A stretch of DNA of 64,000 bases from Adineta vaga (Eukaryota; Animalia; Rotifera). Under the pieces are notes generated by a model. That model was not told where the DNA came from. It was given only the letters and a program-made list of their open reading frames with translations, and did no database searches. The position numbers were made by a program, and so were the translations under genes. Shown in pieces: positions 1 to 12,110 of the stretch (position 1 is the first letter of the stretch; the number at the start of each line of letters is the position of its first letter). The stretch spans positions 18,042,001 through 18,106,000 of the forward strand of contig CP075493.1 in assembly GCA_021613535.1 (NCBI GenBank). Reading direction: 5' to 3'.

Positions 1-4
1 ATAA

Positions 5-564
5 TCTTCTATATATATATATAAAGAAGAAAGTTTGTTCGTTATGCATTCAGTCCCTGTAATAGCTAACGTCACCAAACTTTCCACAATGCTTCCCTCG
101 ATCCAGAGGAAGGTCGACATGGGGTTAGAATGGCCATCAAGGGATGGGGAGGCGGCGTGTGTGAAATTTCGCTCTCAAGATGGCATATAGGAATCAGGGT
201 GGGTGTGGGTGTCTGCATGTAGGATAGACAACTACAAAGTGTGGGTTGGATTCTCAAAAAAACTGAATCTGGAGTGAAATGACTACTCTACCTGTATAGA
301 GTAGAAGTGAAGTTTATAAAGTAGAGAATGACTTGCAGCGGGACAGTGGGTGTAGAATGGGACTGGAGTTGCAGCGGGACAGTAGGAGTGGATTTAAAAG
401 GAACAGAGCATTATGTCGTATGGATAGCGAGACAAGATAAGTAGAAAAGAACTAATGAAGAGATGTGAAAATTTCTGAGAAAATACCTGGTGCATGACGC
501 GAAAAGCACTGTTGTAGAGGGAAAACGTAAATTATGCCCTCTTTGCAGCGGGTATCTCCGCTAG
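5..564 (+). mobile_element. Non-autonomous Helitron (canonical TC...CTAG type)
   Basis: Starts TCTTCTATATATATATATAAA after an A. Ends with an imperfect GC hairpin (GCCCTCT-TTGC-AGCGGGT, 537-553) and CTAG (561-564) followed by T, i.e. an A/T insertion site. Internal direct repeat TTGCAGCGGGACAGT. Confidence 0.75.
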
Positions 565-799
565 TAAGATATAATAATGAAAACAAATAAGTATGTAATG
601 TTGCCATATACGTTAGGATAAACGAAAATATCTATAAATATCAAAAGAAAAATGAGTTCAAGTAACGAGAGTAAATAGAAAAGATGTTTATTGAATATAG
701 AGAAAAATAAATGCGGAAAACCTCGGACTGAAATCCGAGTGTTATGTGTACTCTAAAAAGTAAAGACGATGACAAATCAGTTTTAATGAATTTATCTAA

Positions 800-3700
800 A
801 ATAAAGCATCCTTGAGCGCACTAAGGAGCTTCCCCTTAGGCCCTGCGGATGCCCTCTTTTTGTCCCGTAGGACGTGGCGAGGAGTTAGTTCCACATGTTT
901 AACTACTTGCATGAACGAAAAGTATGTTTTTTGTAGTTTTCTATATTTGTAATGAATACTTTGCTATCTATGTTATAAACTCATGTTTATTAAGTCGAAA
1001 TGTGGTACAAACTGAGGAGGATTATGTTGAAAAGGCAAAAGAGCATCATAATGTCTACCATTGTAATAAACACAAAGTCCTATTTTGTTTCTGTCAGATC
1101 TATATCCAAGATATATTAAATGACCACCTGCTGTTTGCTTATTAAATCGATCGATTAAGTCCTGTAAACTGATATTTGATGGAATATAACGTATTCTGTT
1201 TGGATCATTGTTAAACTTTACATAAGAATATATAGGATGAGATAGCGCTACAGACAAAGCTTGAATTTGCACTTCTCCTCCCCATACTGTATGTGTAGCA
1301 GTGTTTTCCAACTGCTCTTCAAGTGTATATCCCAGTGTGTTACAAAGTGTTCCGAAATAATCCATATGATTGGTCATTGCATTGAGTGCCAACCTCATTG
1401 AATGTGTTAGTTTCTCAGATCCAACATTCAATATCGAAAGAGAGCTATATAAACAATTTCCATCTGCAGCCGTACGTGTTCGAGCATAAACTGAATCAAA
1501 TGCCGGAACGGGATATTCTGATCGTGTTTCTAACCGCACAGATTTATCTTTATTTTGCATAGTTATAAACGGTGCTTTTTCAATTAAATCTTTGATTATT
1601 CGAGCTTGACTTGAAATTTGATTAGTGTCGATAACATTATCAAAACCAAATGTAAAAAGAAAACGATCAAGAATTTTCCTTGAATTGGAATCAACGATTT
1701 CAAAGTTCTCTGAAGAAGAGTTTTCTTCAATTTCCATCATATCAGATGACTCATTAACGCTGAGATCTTGTAATTGTAAAGACATATCTAAGTCAATCTG
1801 TTCGTTTTTATCGATTATATCATGACGGTCGAAAGCAATTTTGTTATCAACTTCCATTGCATCAGATTGATCATCATTAATATCAAAAGACATATTTGTA
1901 TGAATGTCTTTATTTTCATCAAAATGAATCTTAGCCAAAACTTTGTGTGTTCTTATCCATATTGGCTTATGAAAACTTGTTAAACTTTCAAAATAATCAG
2001 ACTTCATGTTATGCATATTAGCGAAACAATAATCAATTTGTGTCTTAGCATTAGTTGAGCTTTTATTTAATCTATTAATCAAAGTGAGTCCAAATGATTT
2101 CATATAATCAATAAATTTATGATTGGTTTTCACCTTCAAATTTATATTGAAATCTCCAACAACAATTATATTTTTACAAAATTCTTTTGCACGATTTATT
2201 ACTTCTTTCATATGTCGCTGTAAGACATCGAATGATGAATTTGGTGAATTATAAACGGAAATTATACAAATATCATCAACTTTTATCGAAGAATATTCAA
2301 TATGATCTTTGCCTGAATATTCATATTTTTCGGTGATATTTTCGTATTTCAAGCCATTTTTTACATAAAGAATTTGACCAAATGGTTTTCGTACATCATG
2401 ACAATCACGTCTATGAACTATTTTGAAACCTTCAATTTCCAAGTTGTCAGTAGGTTTTGTCCATGTTTCAACAAGACTTAGTATGGAAGCAGACAAAAAC
2501 GTTTTGTCAGATTTGATATCCAAATAATGTTTATTCAATGATTGTACATTATGAAACATCAAATAAATATTTTCGTCCTGTGATTCTTCAGGAAATTCGA
2601 GTGAAAACTTGATCTTTCTTTCGGATCTCATTGTTTTAAACATCATAGTCACTGGATCATTACTTTCAGGTGGTTTTGGCGGAACAAACTCGCCAATTAA
2701 GTATAAACCGCTTGCTTTTGTTGCACGACTACAAGCGACATATATTTCAGATCTAGTCATTCCCTTCTTCAAATTAACAACAACTTTTTCATAAGTACCA
2801 CCTTGACTTTTATATATGGTCATAGCTTCAGAAGGAACGACGGGAAATTGTTTACGTTCTACTTTGAAATTCGTCGACCTTGTATTAATCTGTCGTGTAA
2901 CTGGTTCAACTGGTGTGAGACTAGGATCAATATTTCGATATCGCATTACATTATGAAAATTAGCTCTAGCTTTTCGGCCAGTTTTCTCTTCATTAAATTT
3001 TATCCATAGTCGACATGGTACTGTCTCATTGGTCTTTTGAAGTTTTCCATAATCAATCATGATTAGTTTACCACAAGCACCATTTACTAGACCATCTTCG
3101 ATATCAATATTTACTGTCATCATATATTTGGCACCCACTTTCAAATAGATTTCAAGTGGTAATCCATATGTTTCAGTAGTTTTAAGTTTCTGTACATTAC
3201 TTAACACTTTTTCTTTTACAGATGCTAGCCCATCACCAACACAAAAGTCATAAGCATTGGCAAGAGCACCTTCCGTGTTAAGACTACTTAGTGCTTTTGT
3301 ATTGAATGCATCAACTTCAGCATTACTTCGAAACACTCTTATTGCATCTTCAGCTTCGTGCAATTGATCAGCTGAAGCGATTCGTAACTTAAATAAATTA
3401 ATATCTTCAACTGTCATCATACCTTTGGCTAGATTACTTAATGCAATAGCAAAAGCCTTATCATCTTTTTGTCTCATTATTTCTGTCAATTCGAATATTT
3501 CAAATAGTGCCCACAATGGATTATCTACTAAAGCATTATATGAATTGTTAAATTGGAATATATATTTGTCACCAACGGGTCTTAATTGATTGAAATCGCC
3601 CAAAACTATGACTGATATTCCACCAAATGATTTTTTCGTCTTCATAACTTGCTGCAAGCGTGCATCGATTTGTTGAAACATCGTAAAACCAACCATGGAT

Positions 3701-6700
3701 ATTTCATCAATTATCAATAGTTGTAATTCTCTCAATTTTACTCCAATTCGGTTTGAAAGATCGCTATCCAATTTAACGAGTTTATGCTTGCATTGGTTAA
3801 CTGGTAAGCTTAAAAACGAATGCAAAGTCATTCCGTCAAGTAAAGCTGCTGCTTTACCAGTTGGTGCACATATTGCAACACGAATAGCTTCTGGATTAGA
3901 TCCTGGAAGTGAATCATAAAATCTCAACATCGACTGATATATTGCTTTGATCAAAGTACTTTTACCGACACCAGCACCTCCATTAATGAAATGAAAGAAC
4001 TGCTTACCATTGTTTTTGATCAAATTCATTACATTTAAGGTGTATTTTCTTTGATTATTATTGAGACTTATCATCATTCCCTGATATTCATTGTTTGGTA
4101 TCATTTTTGGAACATTAAAATGTTCCACTTTTTCCGTTCGAGTATTCATTCCCATTTCGAGAAAGATATCACCTTCATTATTTCCCATTTCATAGATGAT
4201 AAATTCATTTTTATCTTGATTATATTCAACATTTGCATCGTCGATGTCATTTTCATCATCTCGATCGATATTCTCTTCCAAAGCCTGTTCGAATTCTTTG
4301 GCTTCACGATGAACATATTCAGATCGTTTTTGTTGAATTAAATCTTTATTTAGTTCAAATTTTTCTTCATGATTTATATCAATGAGATCTTCTCCTTCAT
4401 TATTCCAAGGCAAAAATAACATCAACTGTTCTCTGTAATAGTTCTCAGGATCTACATGTAGTTTAAAATTTCTGAATCGTATTATTTTTTTCTTGGTTCT
4501 TCGTTTGATCCAACCTTTCCCATTTTTCATCTTCAAAGCAGTAGTTTTGCCATCAGAGTCTTTCTCACTGATTTTCTCATCAAGCTCATCTGCAGTGATA
4601 TTTTCATCATCCGAATTTTCTGAAATTTCGGTATTGCCTGTTTTTCTCTTCGATACATTATATAGTGATGCAAAATCTGCTAAGCAGACATTGTTCATTT
4701 CATCAGGCCTGTTTATATATGCATCAACTAAGCCTTCAACAAAAACATCTCTTGAATCAGGTTCCAATTTCTGAAGAATTTCTTCTGATTTAAGCATAGA
4801 AATTCTATTCTCAGGTTTATTTGTATTAATGAATACAGTGCTTCGGCTACTGACTGAAAGTGGAATACTTAGAATATGATAAACAGCTTCTTGTGCTGAA
4901 ATTTCACTAGAATTTAAAAATTTATTTGCAATAACTCGAAGACGTTGTTTAACGGTATTATTGCCTTGTTTTAGCTCGTTTAAGGCATCTCGTAGAAGCT
5001 TAGACATTCCATTTTCAGATTTGCTAATGTAATCAACACAGTACATTAAGCAAGCATAAGGATCAAGAATGAACTGAATGTCCATATTTGCTCTGTGCAA
5101 TGACATTATCATCGGATTATATGCATTGATTCGAATCTCATTTGGAGCACGTTTCAAAAATATTTTTGCTTTTTTTAATCCAGCTCGAATCATCCTAATA
5201 TATTTCTCTTCACTCATATTAATAGTTTCCAAGAATTCATCAAAAGTCAATGAACAATCTTTATCTTTTGATATTTTCTCAAGTTCTTTCGTCACATTCT
5301 GTCGATCTTTGTTGATCTCTTCACGTTCTTTTTTAGCAGACTTTTCACCATCACTAAATGGTTCCAAAATCATCGTTTTCCTCATTGGAAAATATGGAAT
5401 TCCAAAACGACATATAACACAATCTTTTAAATTTTTTGTACAACTATGTGAATGCTTATGACGTTGCAAACTGATAAGTTTCTCAGGAAATTCCGTTGAT
5501 TGAGAACTAACGGAAATCAATTTATCAATGAACTCTACACATTTTTCAATTGATTCAGGATTATCTTTGTCGTATTTTGGAGCATTCTTTAGCCACAATA
5601 AAGCGTGAACATGTGGTGAACCACGAACTTGAAATTCAATTCTGACATATTTATCCTCTAAATCGTATCCTTGGAACGGACCACTAGGTGCTGATAAAAT
5701 TTCCCATAAACATTTTAATCTATGTTCAAAATATCGAACACATGTTACAGGATCGTTTCTTATTAGTTCACATTTCTTTTCGTAGTTTAAATTCTCTGCT
5801 TCTTCCAATGTTATTACTTTGTTTTCTAGCACTTGAGTCAGTATGACAATAAGTTCTGACCATTGTGTTTCTGCTGCTGACAATGTTAAAAATAGTGTTG
5901 GACATCCTAATTGCCTGACCATTGCCATAACTTCTTTCTTTTTCAGTTCCCAGAATGCTGGTGATGATCGATCAAATCTCAAGAATGTAAATGCATCGTC
6001 ACTATGTACTAGTCCATTTACATAATCTCGATTAAGCATTTGTGCAACAGTTACGTTTTTCGTATTTTTTGTTTTTCTCAAATTTATTGAAATAGCATCA
6101 GAGAATTTTCTTGTTTGTAGTTTCTTATATGTAAAAAAGAGTTTCGACACTCGACCACATCGTCTATCAAACATCCTTAATTCTGACTTCGCAATTTTTG
6201 CGTATGTTAACTTGACATTTTCTTTAATTTTTCGTTGTTTTCCACAGTAGATTTTTGGAAATGTTAGCTCATCGACTTTTAAATCCATTAAAACAGATAA
6301 TGGTCTATTATTCTCTCCCGGAGCAAATTTGATACCAACATCGTTTTGATCCTCTGTGTCATCGTTCAACAACGTTTCAGTAACTGTTGGATTAACTGGT
6401 TTGTCGTCACATTCATTCCAGTCATCATCACGATCAAAGTTGTCTCCTGTATCTTCATTTTCGTTGAGCTTTTTATCTTCATTATTGACAATGAAATTTT
6501 CTTTTTCGCTTGAATGTTCTTTAATCCAATCGTTAGATATGACAATACCTTCACTTTATATAGTTCTTGTTCAACAAGATATTTTATAGCAGTATGTACA
6601 ACTTTTGATCGAATGGTTTCATATAGAAAAGCATTTTTATTCTTCATTTGTCGCATAAGCTTCAACTGAATCGTATGAGTATCACTGAAACTTCTAGGTA

Positions 6701-7413
6701 ATATCGAAACATTGGTATTAACATTCATGGGCACATTTACTAAATTACCTTTGAGACCAAATTGTTTACAAAAACCTAATGTTCGAATCACCATGAAAGG
6801 AATTCTCAGTGATACTAATCTTTCTTCTAATTCAGTCAAAATTTTCAAACACTCTGGTACTTCGCAGAATGCTAAGCCATTGGATAAACTGATATTAGGT
6901 ACTTTTTTCCATATAATGTCCTTTCTACAAGTGACACATAATTTAATGTTCGCATGTTTCAAATAACAAACTGTATTGATAAATTGTTCTGTTAATCCTT
7001 TGTTTTTTAACATCTCGACAGAATATTCTCTGACTGAATATTCAAACCATAAACCACCACAGCAGCTACAAATATTGGTAGGACTCTCTTTAATGTGTGA
7101 TTCATAATTTGATTTCATGCTATCAAAATTACTTTTGTATTCATATCTCATTGCGTATTCTTAACGTATTTCTTCTTTTCTCTTCTTCTTTGAATTCATC
7201 ATTCTGTCGAGCAGTTTTAAGAGTTTCTGCTCCTCTTTGATTTTCCTTACTTTTGAATTCATCATTTTGTCGAGCAATTTGGAGGGATTCTGCTCGTCTT
7301 CTATTGTCTGACAAACAAAACTCGTCATTAGTTCTTCTTTCTCTCATTCTCTTTGCCATATCGGTATTTCTTTGAGATATAGATCTTCTCTTTATCTTCG
7401 GCATTTTCCCCAC
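800..7413 (-). mobile_element. Helentron/Helitron2-type rolling-circle transposon (ends approximate)
   Basis: Encodes RepHel with fused endonuclease and OTU domains. A GC-rich hairpin cluster lies downstream of the stop codon (806-895). Confidence 0.8.
973..7413 (-). CDS. Helentron RepHel polyprotein (Rep HUH nuclease + PIF1 helicase + AP-like endonuclease + OTU protease), two frameshifts in the N-terminal part
   Basis: Rep motifs EFQVRGSPHVHALLW and YCVDYISK. PIF1 motifs GGAGVGKS, IIDEISM, GDFNQL, KSQGGT and YVACSR. EEP motifs HNVQSL, LVETW, GDFN, IDY and FHKP. OTU motifs DGNCLYSSLS, WGG and HYDALL. The N-terminal ORFs 7141-7413 and 6366-7151 (CSCCGG...CVTC, LTELEERLV...GNLVNVP) join through frameshifts near 7145 and 6555. 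Confidence 0.9.
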
Positions 7414-7855
7414 CTAGCTAAAAAAATTACAAGTTTAACAAATTTACTATTTGCTCTCTAAAATGGTAAAGACAAATCCACTAATCCTTTCGAATTGACT
7501 AATCTAAATAGTTAATTGCCGTTTGTAGGCTTCTTTTTGTGGTTTCACCTTTAATGCGGCTGTTTTATTAGTTTTCGATAATGAAATATGCACGAATTAA
7601 ATTGTACGTTAAAAGGTTTAACAATCACAGCTTCTTACTAAATTCAAAATTCTATACGTACACTAAGTACGGTTTGTACTTGACGAGATACGTATATATA
7701 TATCTGCACTTTATAGAGATGAATACTAGAAAAGTTTCTTTCGAGAAAATCTTCGTTAAAACTTGGTGAAGATACTCGATTCTAGGCAAGAAACTTTCTG
7801 AAGTAAAAAAGTCGACAATTTTTCTGAGAAAAATGAATCTATTTTGTTTAGTTGT

Positions 7856-8290
7856 TTTTATTCCCTTTTCTGAAAGAAAGGGTTATACAGCGTTAAAATC
7901 ATCGGCTCGAAATGCAAAAAGTTTGTCCGGCCCATCCAATCAGAATTCAGCATTCAGTAAATTGCTAAAAATTGACCTGGGTAACGAAAAAAAGTTAACC
8001 AAGGGGTAATCAAGGTCGAGGATCTCGAATCTGGTGTTAGTTTTTTGAGATTCCAATTATTTAATTAGCTAATTAGCTAATTAACTCATCATCAACTATT
8101 ATGCTACCATATAAGGGTTGACCGAAGGGTAATCGAGGTCGAGGATCTCGAATCTGATGTTATCTTTTGGAAATTTTGTTCGGACCAATTTTTATAAACA
8201 AAAGACTTTCTTTTCTAACAGAATCTGTCCTTGAAATTATGGAGAAAAGCCAGCCCACGTTGGGGAAGGCGAATCTGTTATTGATTTTTG
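7856..8290 (+). mobile_element. Possible non-autonomous Helentron-associated element (HINE/DINE-like), or the Helentron 5' end
   Basis: T-run followed by a short inverted repeat (ATTCCCTTTTCTGAAAGAAAGGG). Two ~40-bp direct repeats GGGTAATC(A/G)AGGTCGAGGATCTCGAATCTG. Distal GC hairpin CCCACGTTGGGG. Confidence 0.4.
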
Positions 8291-8711
8291 TAATCATATA
8301 AATAAAAAACTTGATTATAGCTTAGAATGTCTTTCCCCACTTGTAAGGTTTGAAAGAAATGACTTTGTAGAAAAAAACACATGTGAAAACTTTATGATAG
8401 CGAAGTTTACTTTAATTATTATAAATAATCTTAAAAAGTGATTCAAAATAAGGAAGTTTTATTGAAACGTTTTTTAATGATTGAATTTGATTGACTTTGT
8501 TTGTATTCATCATTCCATCGCGAGAGTACAAAACGAATAACTAACGAAATATTTATTAAATTAAGTTGAACAAATTAAAAAGTTGAACTTTATCTTCAAC
8601 GAATATGCACTGCAAACGCACAAGTATATAAACCAAACAACAAATAAAAAGCTAAAGATCTATTCAAAATTATCGTTGAAAGTACAACATAATCAAAATA
8701 GCGTCGCTGTT

Positions 8712-9988
8712 TCATATATTAGTGTTGCTTTCTTCGACTGGACGACGTCTATATTCATTAAGTACAATGACTGATGATGTTTTATTGCAAAGCCACATGA
8801 ACAAGATAATAGTACCAGCTGTAAATATTGCTGCATACAACAGATACGTGTTCCTAGAAGAAACAAAAGATTAAAAACAATTTTGCTGTACCAATATAAT
8901 CAATATATTGAACTGATAGAATTTAAAATTCTTCAACAGAAATAAACGATCAATACTTATTCAGACAGAAGATTCGCAAGAAAGCTTATCGAAAGCATGT
9001 GAAATTTTAAACAAGTGATGTCTATATATTGCATACATCGCTTAATATATTTATGTATAAATCTAAATGTATTGTTATATAACAAGAATGATCATTGTTT
9101 CACGAAAGTGTACGTTTTTCAATAATAGAATGTTGATTCTATCTATTTGTTATTTTCTAATTTTCGTTATATGTCAGCATCATTCTGTAAAATAGTACGA
9201 TTTTCTCGTTCTTTGTAATGATATAGATATTGACCGCATAATTGACATTTCATTTTGATATAAGGAATTGACGTTCATCGTTGACTGTTTTTTTTGTTCG
9301 TACATATCTATGTTCGTATGTGCTCAATTCCGTCTATATAATGAACATCAGTCATTAACTGTCTGTCTGACCTTTAATGCACATTCGTATTTCTCAGAAT
9401 GATCTGAAATAATATTAAGTCTTTCTGACAAGGTAAATTTTAAAAAAAAGCCAATTTTGACAATATTCCGTATATTTAGAGAACAAAAAATAAAATAAAC
9501 GGCGGTAGTCTGACTTAGAAACTAAACATGTGTTTATGTGACTGTTAAAGATAATCAAGATGAGTCAATCTAATGGGGTATTTTTCTTATACATTTACGT
9601 GCACAATCCTGAACTATAATGGCGAACATCTATTGTGTCCACTATTGCTTCTAAAATATTGCTTTATGCATTAGAGTAGCGTTACATAGCTCAATTCCCA
9701 TAGTGAATGAGTTTGTATTTTTTTATGCATGTCTTACCAGTTTTTTTGTATGTCACTGATCAAATAGAAGGGTGTGGTGATAAAATCAGTGCCGCCTTCA
9801 ACAGTATTGATTATCTTCCGAAGAAAGGAACCTAACAAAGTTCCAGCTTTCAGTTGTTGCAACCCTACGCTTGTTTTAATATTATTGCTGATATCTGGAA
9901 TACCAGAAATATAATTAACGCCATGCATATAAGACGTATCTTGTGTAGATATTTCATGGCGTAATAAGTAATCTATTGATGGTACCAT
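8712..9988 (-). CDS. Small single-pass membrane protein, 2 exons (9738-9988, 8712-8853)
   Basis: A GT-AG intron (8854-9737) inside the Trp codon gives ...VEGGTDFITTPFYLISDIQKNW|NTYLLYAAIFTAGTIILFMWLC. The paralog at 54687-55692 has the same intron position. Confidence 0.65.
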
Positions 9989-11294
9989 GTTGATGAAAGT
10001 AGCGATATAACGTTGGTGGTGATCAGAAGAAAATGTAAAGCAAAATGAGGAAAACTAAATATGAGACGAATACTTATATTCGATGGTGGAACGGTGAGTA
10101 AATGATAAGCTATCTTTGTTTACAAAGAACAGAGAATATTTATGATGAACATCCATTGTCATCACTTCTTTAATATTTTAGCGGCATTATTTCAGAAGAA
10201 AATCTCGTTGAATTGAAAGATAGCATCAATGAAGGATGTATGTTCATCATCTGTCTACAAATACTATTCGCAGCATAAAAAGATAAATTGGTAAAAAATA
10301 AATATTTAAAGAAAAATAAATCATATCCATGAGTTTTGATTTCTTTCAACGCTCAATGATCAAAGACTTAAGAATTTTGATCATTTGATGTTCAATATCA
10401 TTGAAAGTGATAACATGTTGCAGAAATAGTATGCGATGATGAGAAACATGACATGAAGCGTTTATGGATAGAAAATCGTATTAAAAGGAAATAAGAGTGT
10501 GAACTTATATGTTGGACATAAATTTCATATGAGTAGAGTTTGATAAAAAGATAAGATGCGAATGTAATGCTCTTCTTAAATCATCCTCAAACACATCCAT
10601 ACCTTCTTATAGTTGTTATATGATATTATTTTCCGCAACTAATCATATATGAATAGAATTTAAGACATATATGGATAATACAAAGATACAATGAGAGACT
10701 GAAAGCAAATGAAAGATAGATGAAAGTCAATCAAATAATTGCTTTACACTTCGTAACAGATGATATCGATCGTTACAAAAAACTGAATTGTGACGAATAT
10801 GATTGGAATTATATGCAAACTTATCATAAAACTAAAATATTGATGACCAAATCAGAGCAAAAAAGATAAGAAAACATGTAATATTTTATTCATACTTAAT
10901 ATTTATTTGAAATTGTTTTACATATAAGACTATTTATATCATAGATTGGGTAATAATAGTCGTAATGATTTTTGCCATTTACTCAATTTTTTATAAGCAC
11001 TTTTCTTTAAAAAAAGGAATTTCATGGGCATTTTTTTAGCTTTTATTGAAATCAATAAAAAGTCATAATGCAACAAGGTTTTTTTCTACAAGTGTGTCTG
11101 TAAATAAGCAATAAAGATAGAAGCGAATTTTCTAACACTTAATCGAAAAAAAATATGAAAAAAGGAGAAAGCTGTACATAAATCGTTGCAATCTATTTAT
11201 TAGCCAAAGGAATCAAAGTCGAGCATCTTCATAAAATCTAAACATAAAGAGTCAATTTATGATTCTGATTCAAAAAAAAACATTCGCCAATTAC

Positions 11295-12110
11295 CTACCA
11301 AGTTCCATAATATTTTATCAAATGATTTTCTGCATGTTTTCGTGTCCAGCTATATTGGAGAACACCAGCAATTTTCTTTACAGCTATGCATTCATGAATT
11401 GCATAATTACTAAGAATTAATCGTCGTTTATTATTTTTTAATAGATTAACAACATTTGGATTACGACGAACACAATCTGGATCACACTCTGTTTTGAAAT
11501 GTGCAAAAAGTCCAATGTTCCAATCGAAACTCTTAGAAAGCGATGTATCGAAGTATTGTTGGAATAAAAATCCAAAAGCTTCTTCAAAAGGCCAATTACC
11601 CGATGGGATATAATATAATTTAATATCAGTAAATTTTTCTTCGAACCATGCTTCAAATTTATGTTTTATACTGATTGCTTGAAGTTTTTTAATTTTACAT
11701 TTAGTAAATAAAGAACAATTTAAAAAACATTTTAAATCTGATTTTATATGATTCCATGATTGAATTTCATTCGATGGTGATAAGATAAAGGAGAAGAAGT
11801 ATTGTATTTGATGATGAAGACAAGAGTCAAGCTCTGGTAAATATAAAGTTTCAACAAGAATAATATGTAATACAAGTTTATGTGCGAATAAGATTTGAAT
11901 TAGTGTTGGACACTGATTGATCTCATTATATTTTGTTTCCACAACAAATTGCGTTTTTTGTTTAACAAGGTTAATTAGTTCTATTATAGTTTCATACTTC
12001 GTTAAAGAATTTATATAATATATTTTTCTCGGTGTCATGGGTTCAAATTTGGTTAAAGTTGTTATATTTCGAAGAATATTTGATCTTGTGTTCATATTGT
12101 ATACTTTCAC
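11295..12110 (-). CDS. Degenerate DEDDy 3'-5' exonuclease-like protein (rotifer/Terminon-associated family)
   Basis: Intronless 271-aa ORF with the pattern FVVETK..PTLIQI..ILVETLYLP..IQSW..WPFEEAF..FDTS..W..YAIHECIAV. The acidic catalytic residues look substituted. Confidence 0.55.
   Translation of the reverse strand: MKVYNMNTRSNILRNITTLTKFEPMTPRKIYYINSLTKYETIIELINLVKQKTQFVVETKYNEINQCPTLIQILFAHKLVLHIILVETLYLPELDSCLHHQIQYFFSFILSPSNEIQSWNHIKSDLKCFLNCSLFTKCKIKKLQAISIKHKFEAWFEEKFTDIKLYYIPSGNWPFEEAFGFLFQQYFDTSLSKSFDWNIGLFAHFKTECDPDCVRRNPNVVNLLKNNKRRLILSNYAIHECIAVKKIAGVLQYSWTRKHAENHLIKYYGTW

Noticed and set aside
860-897. CTCCTCGC on the minus strand resembling the HDV ribozyme L3 loop
   Set aside because: I could not build the nested double pseudoknot around it.
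1625-6966. Many short + strand ORFs
   Set aside because: They are antisense shadows of the Helentron RepHel ORF.
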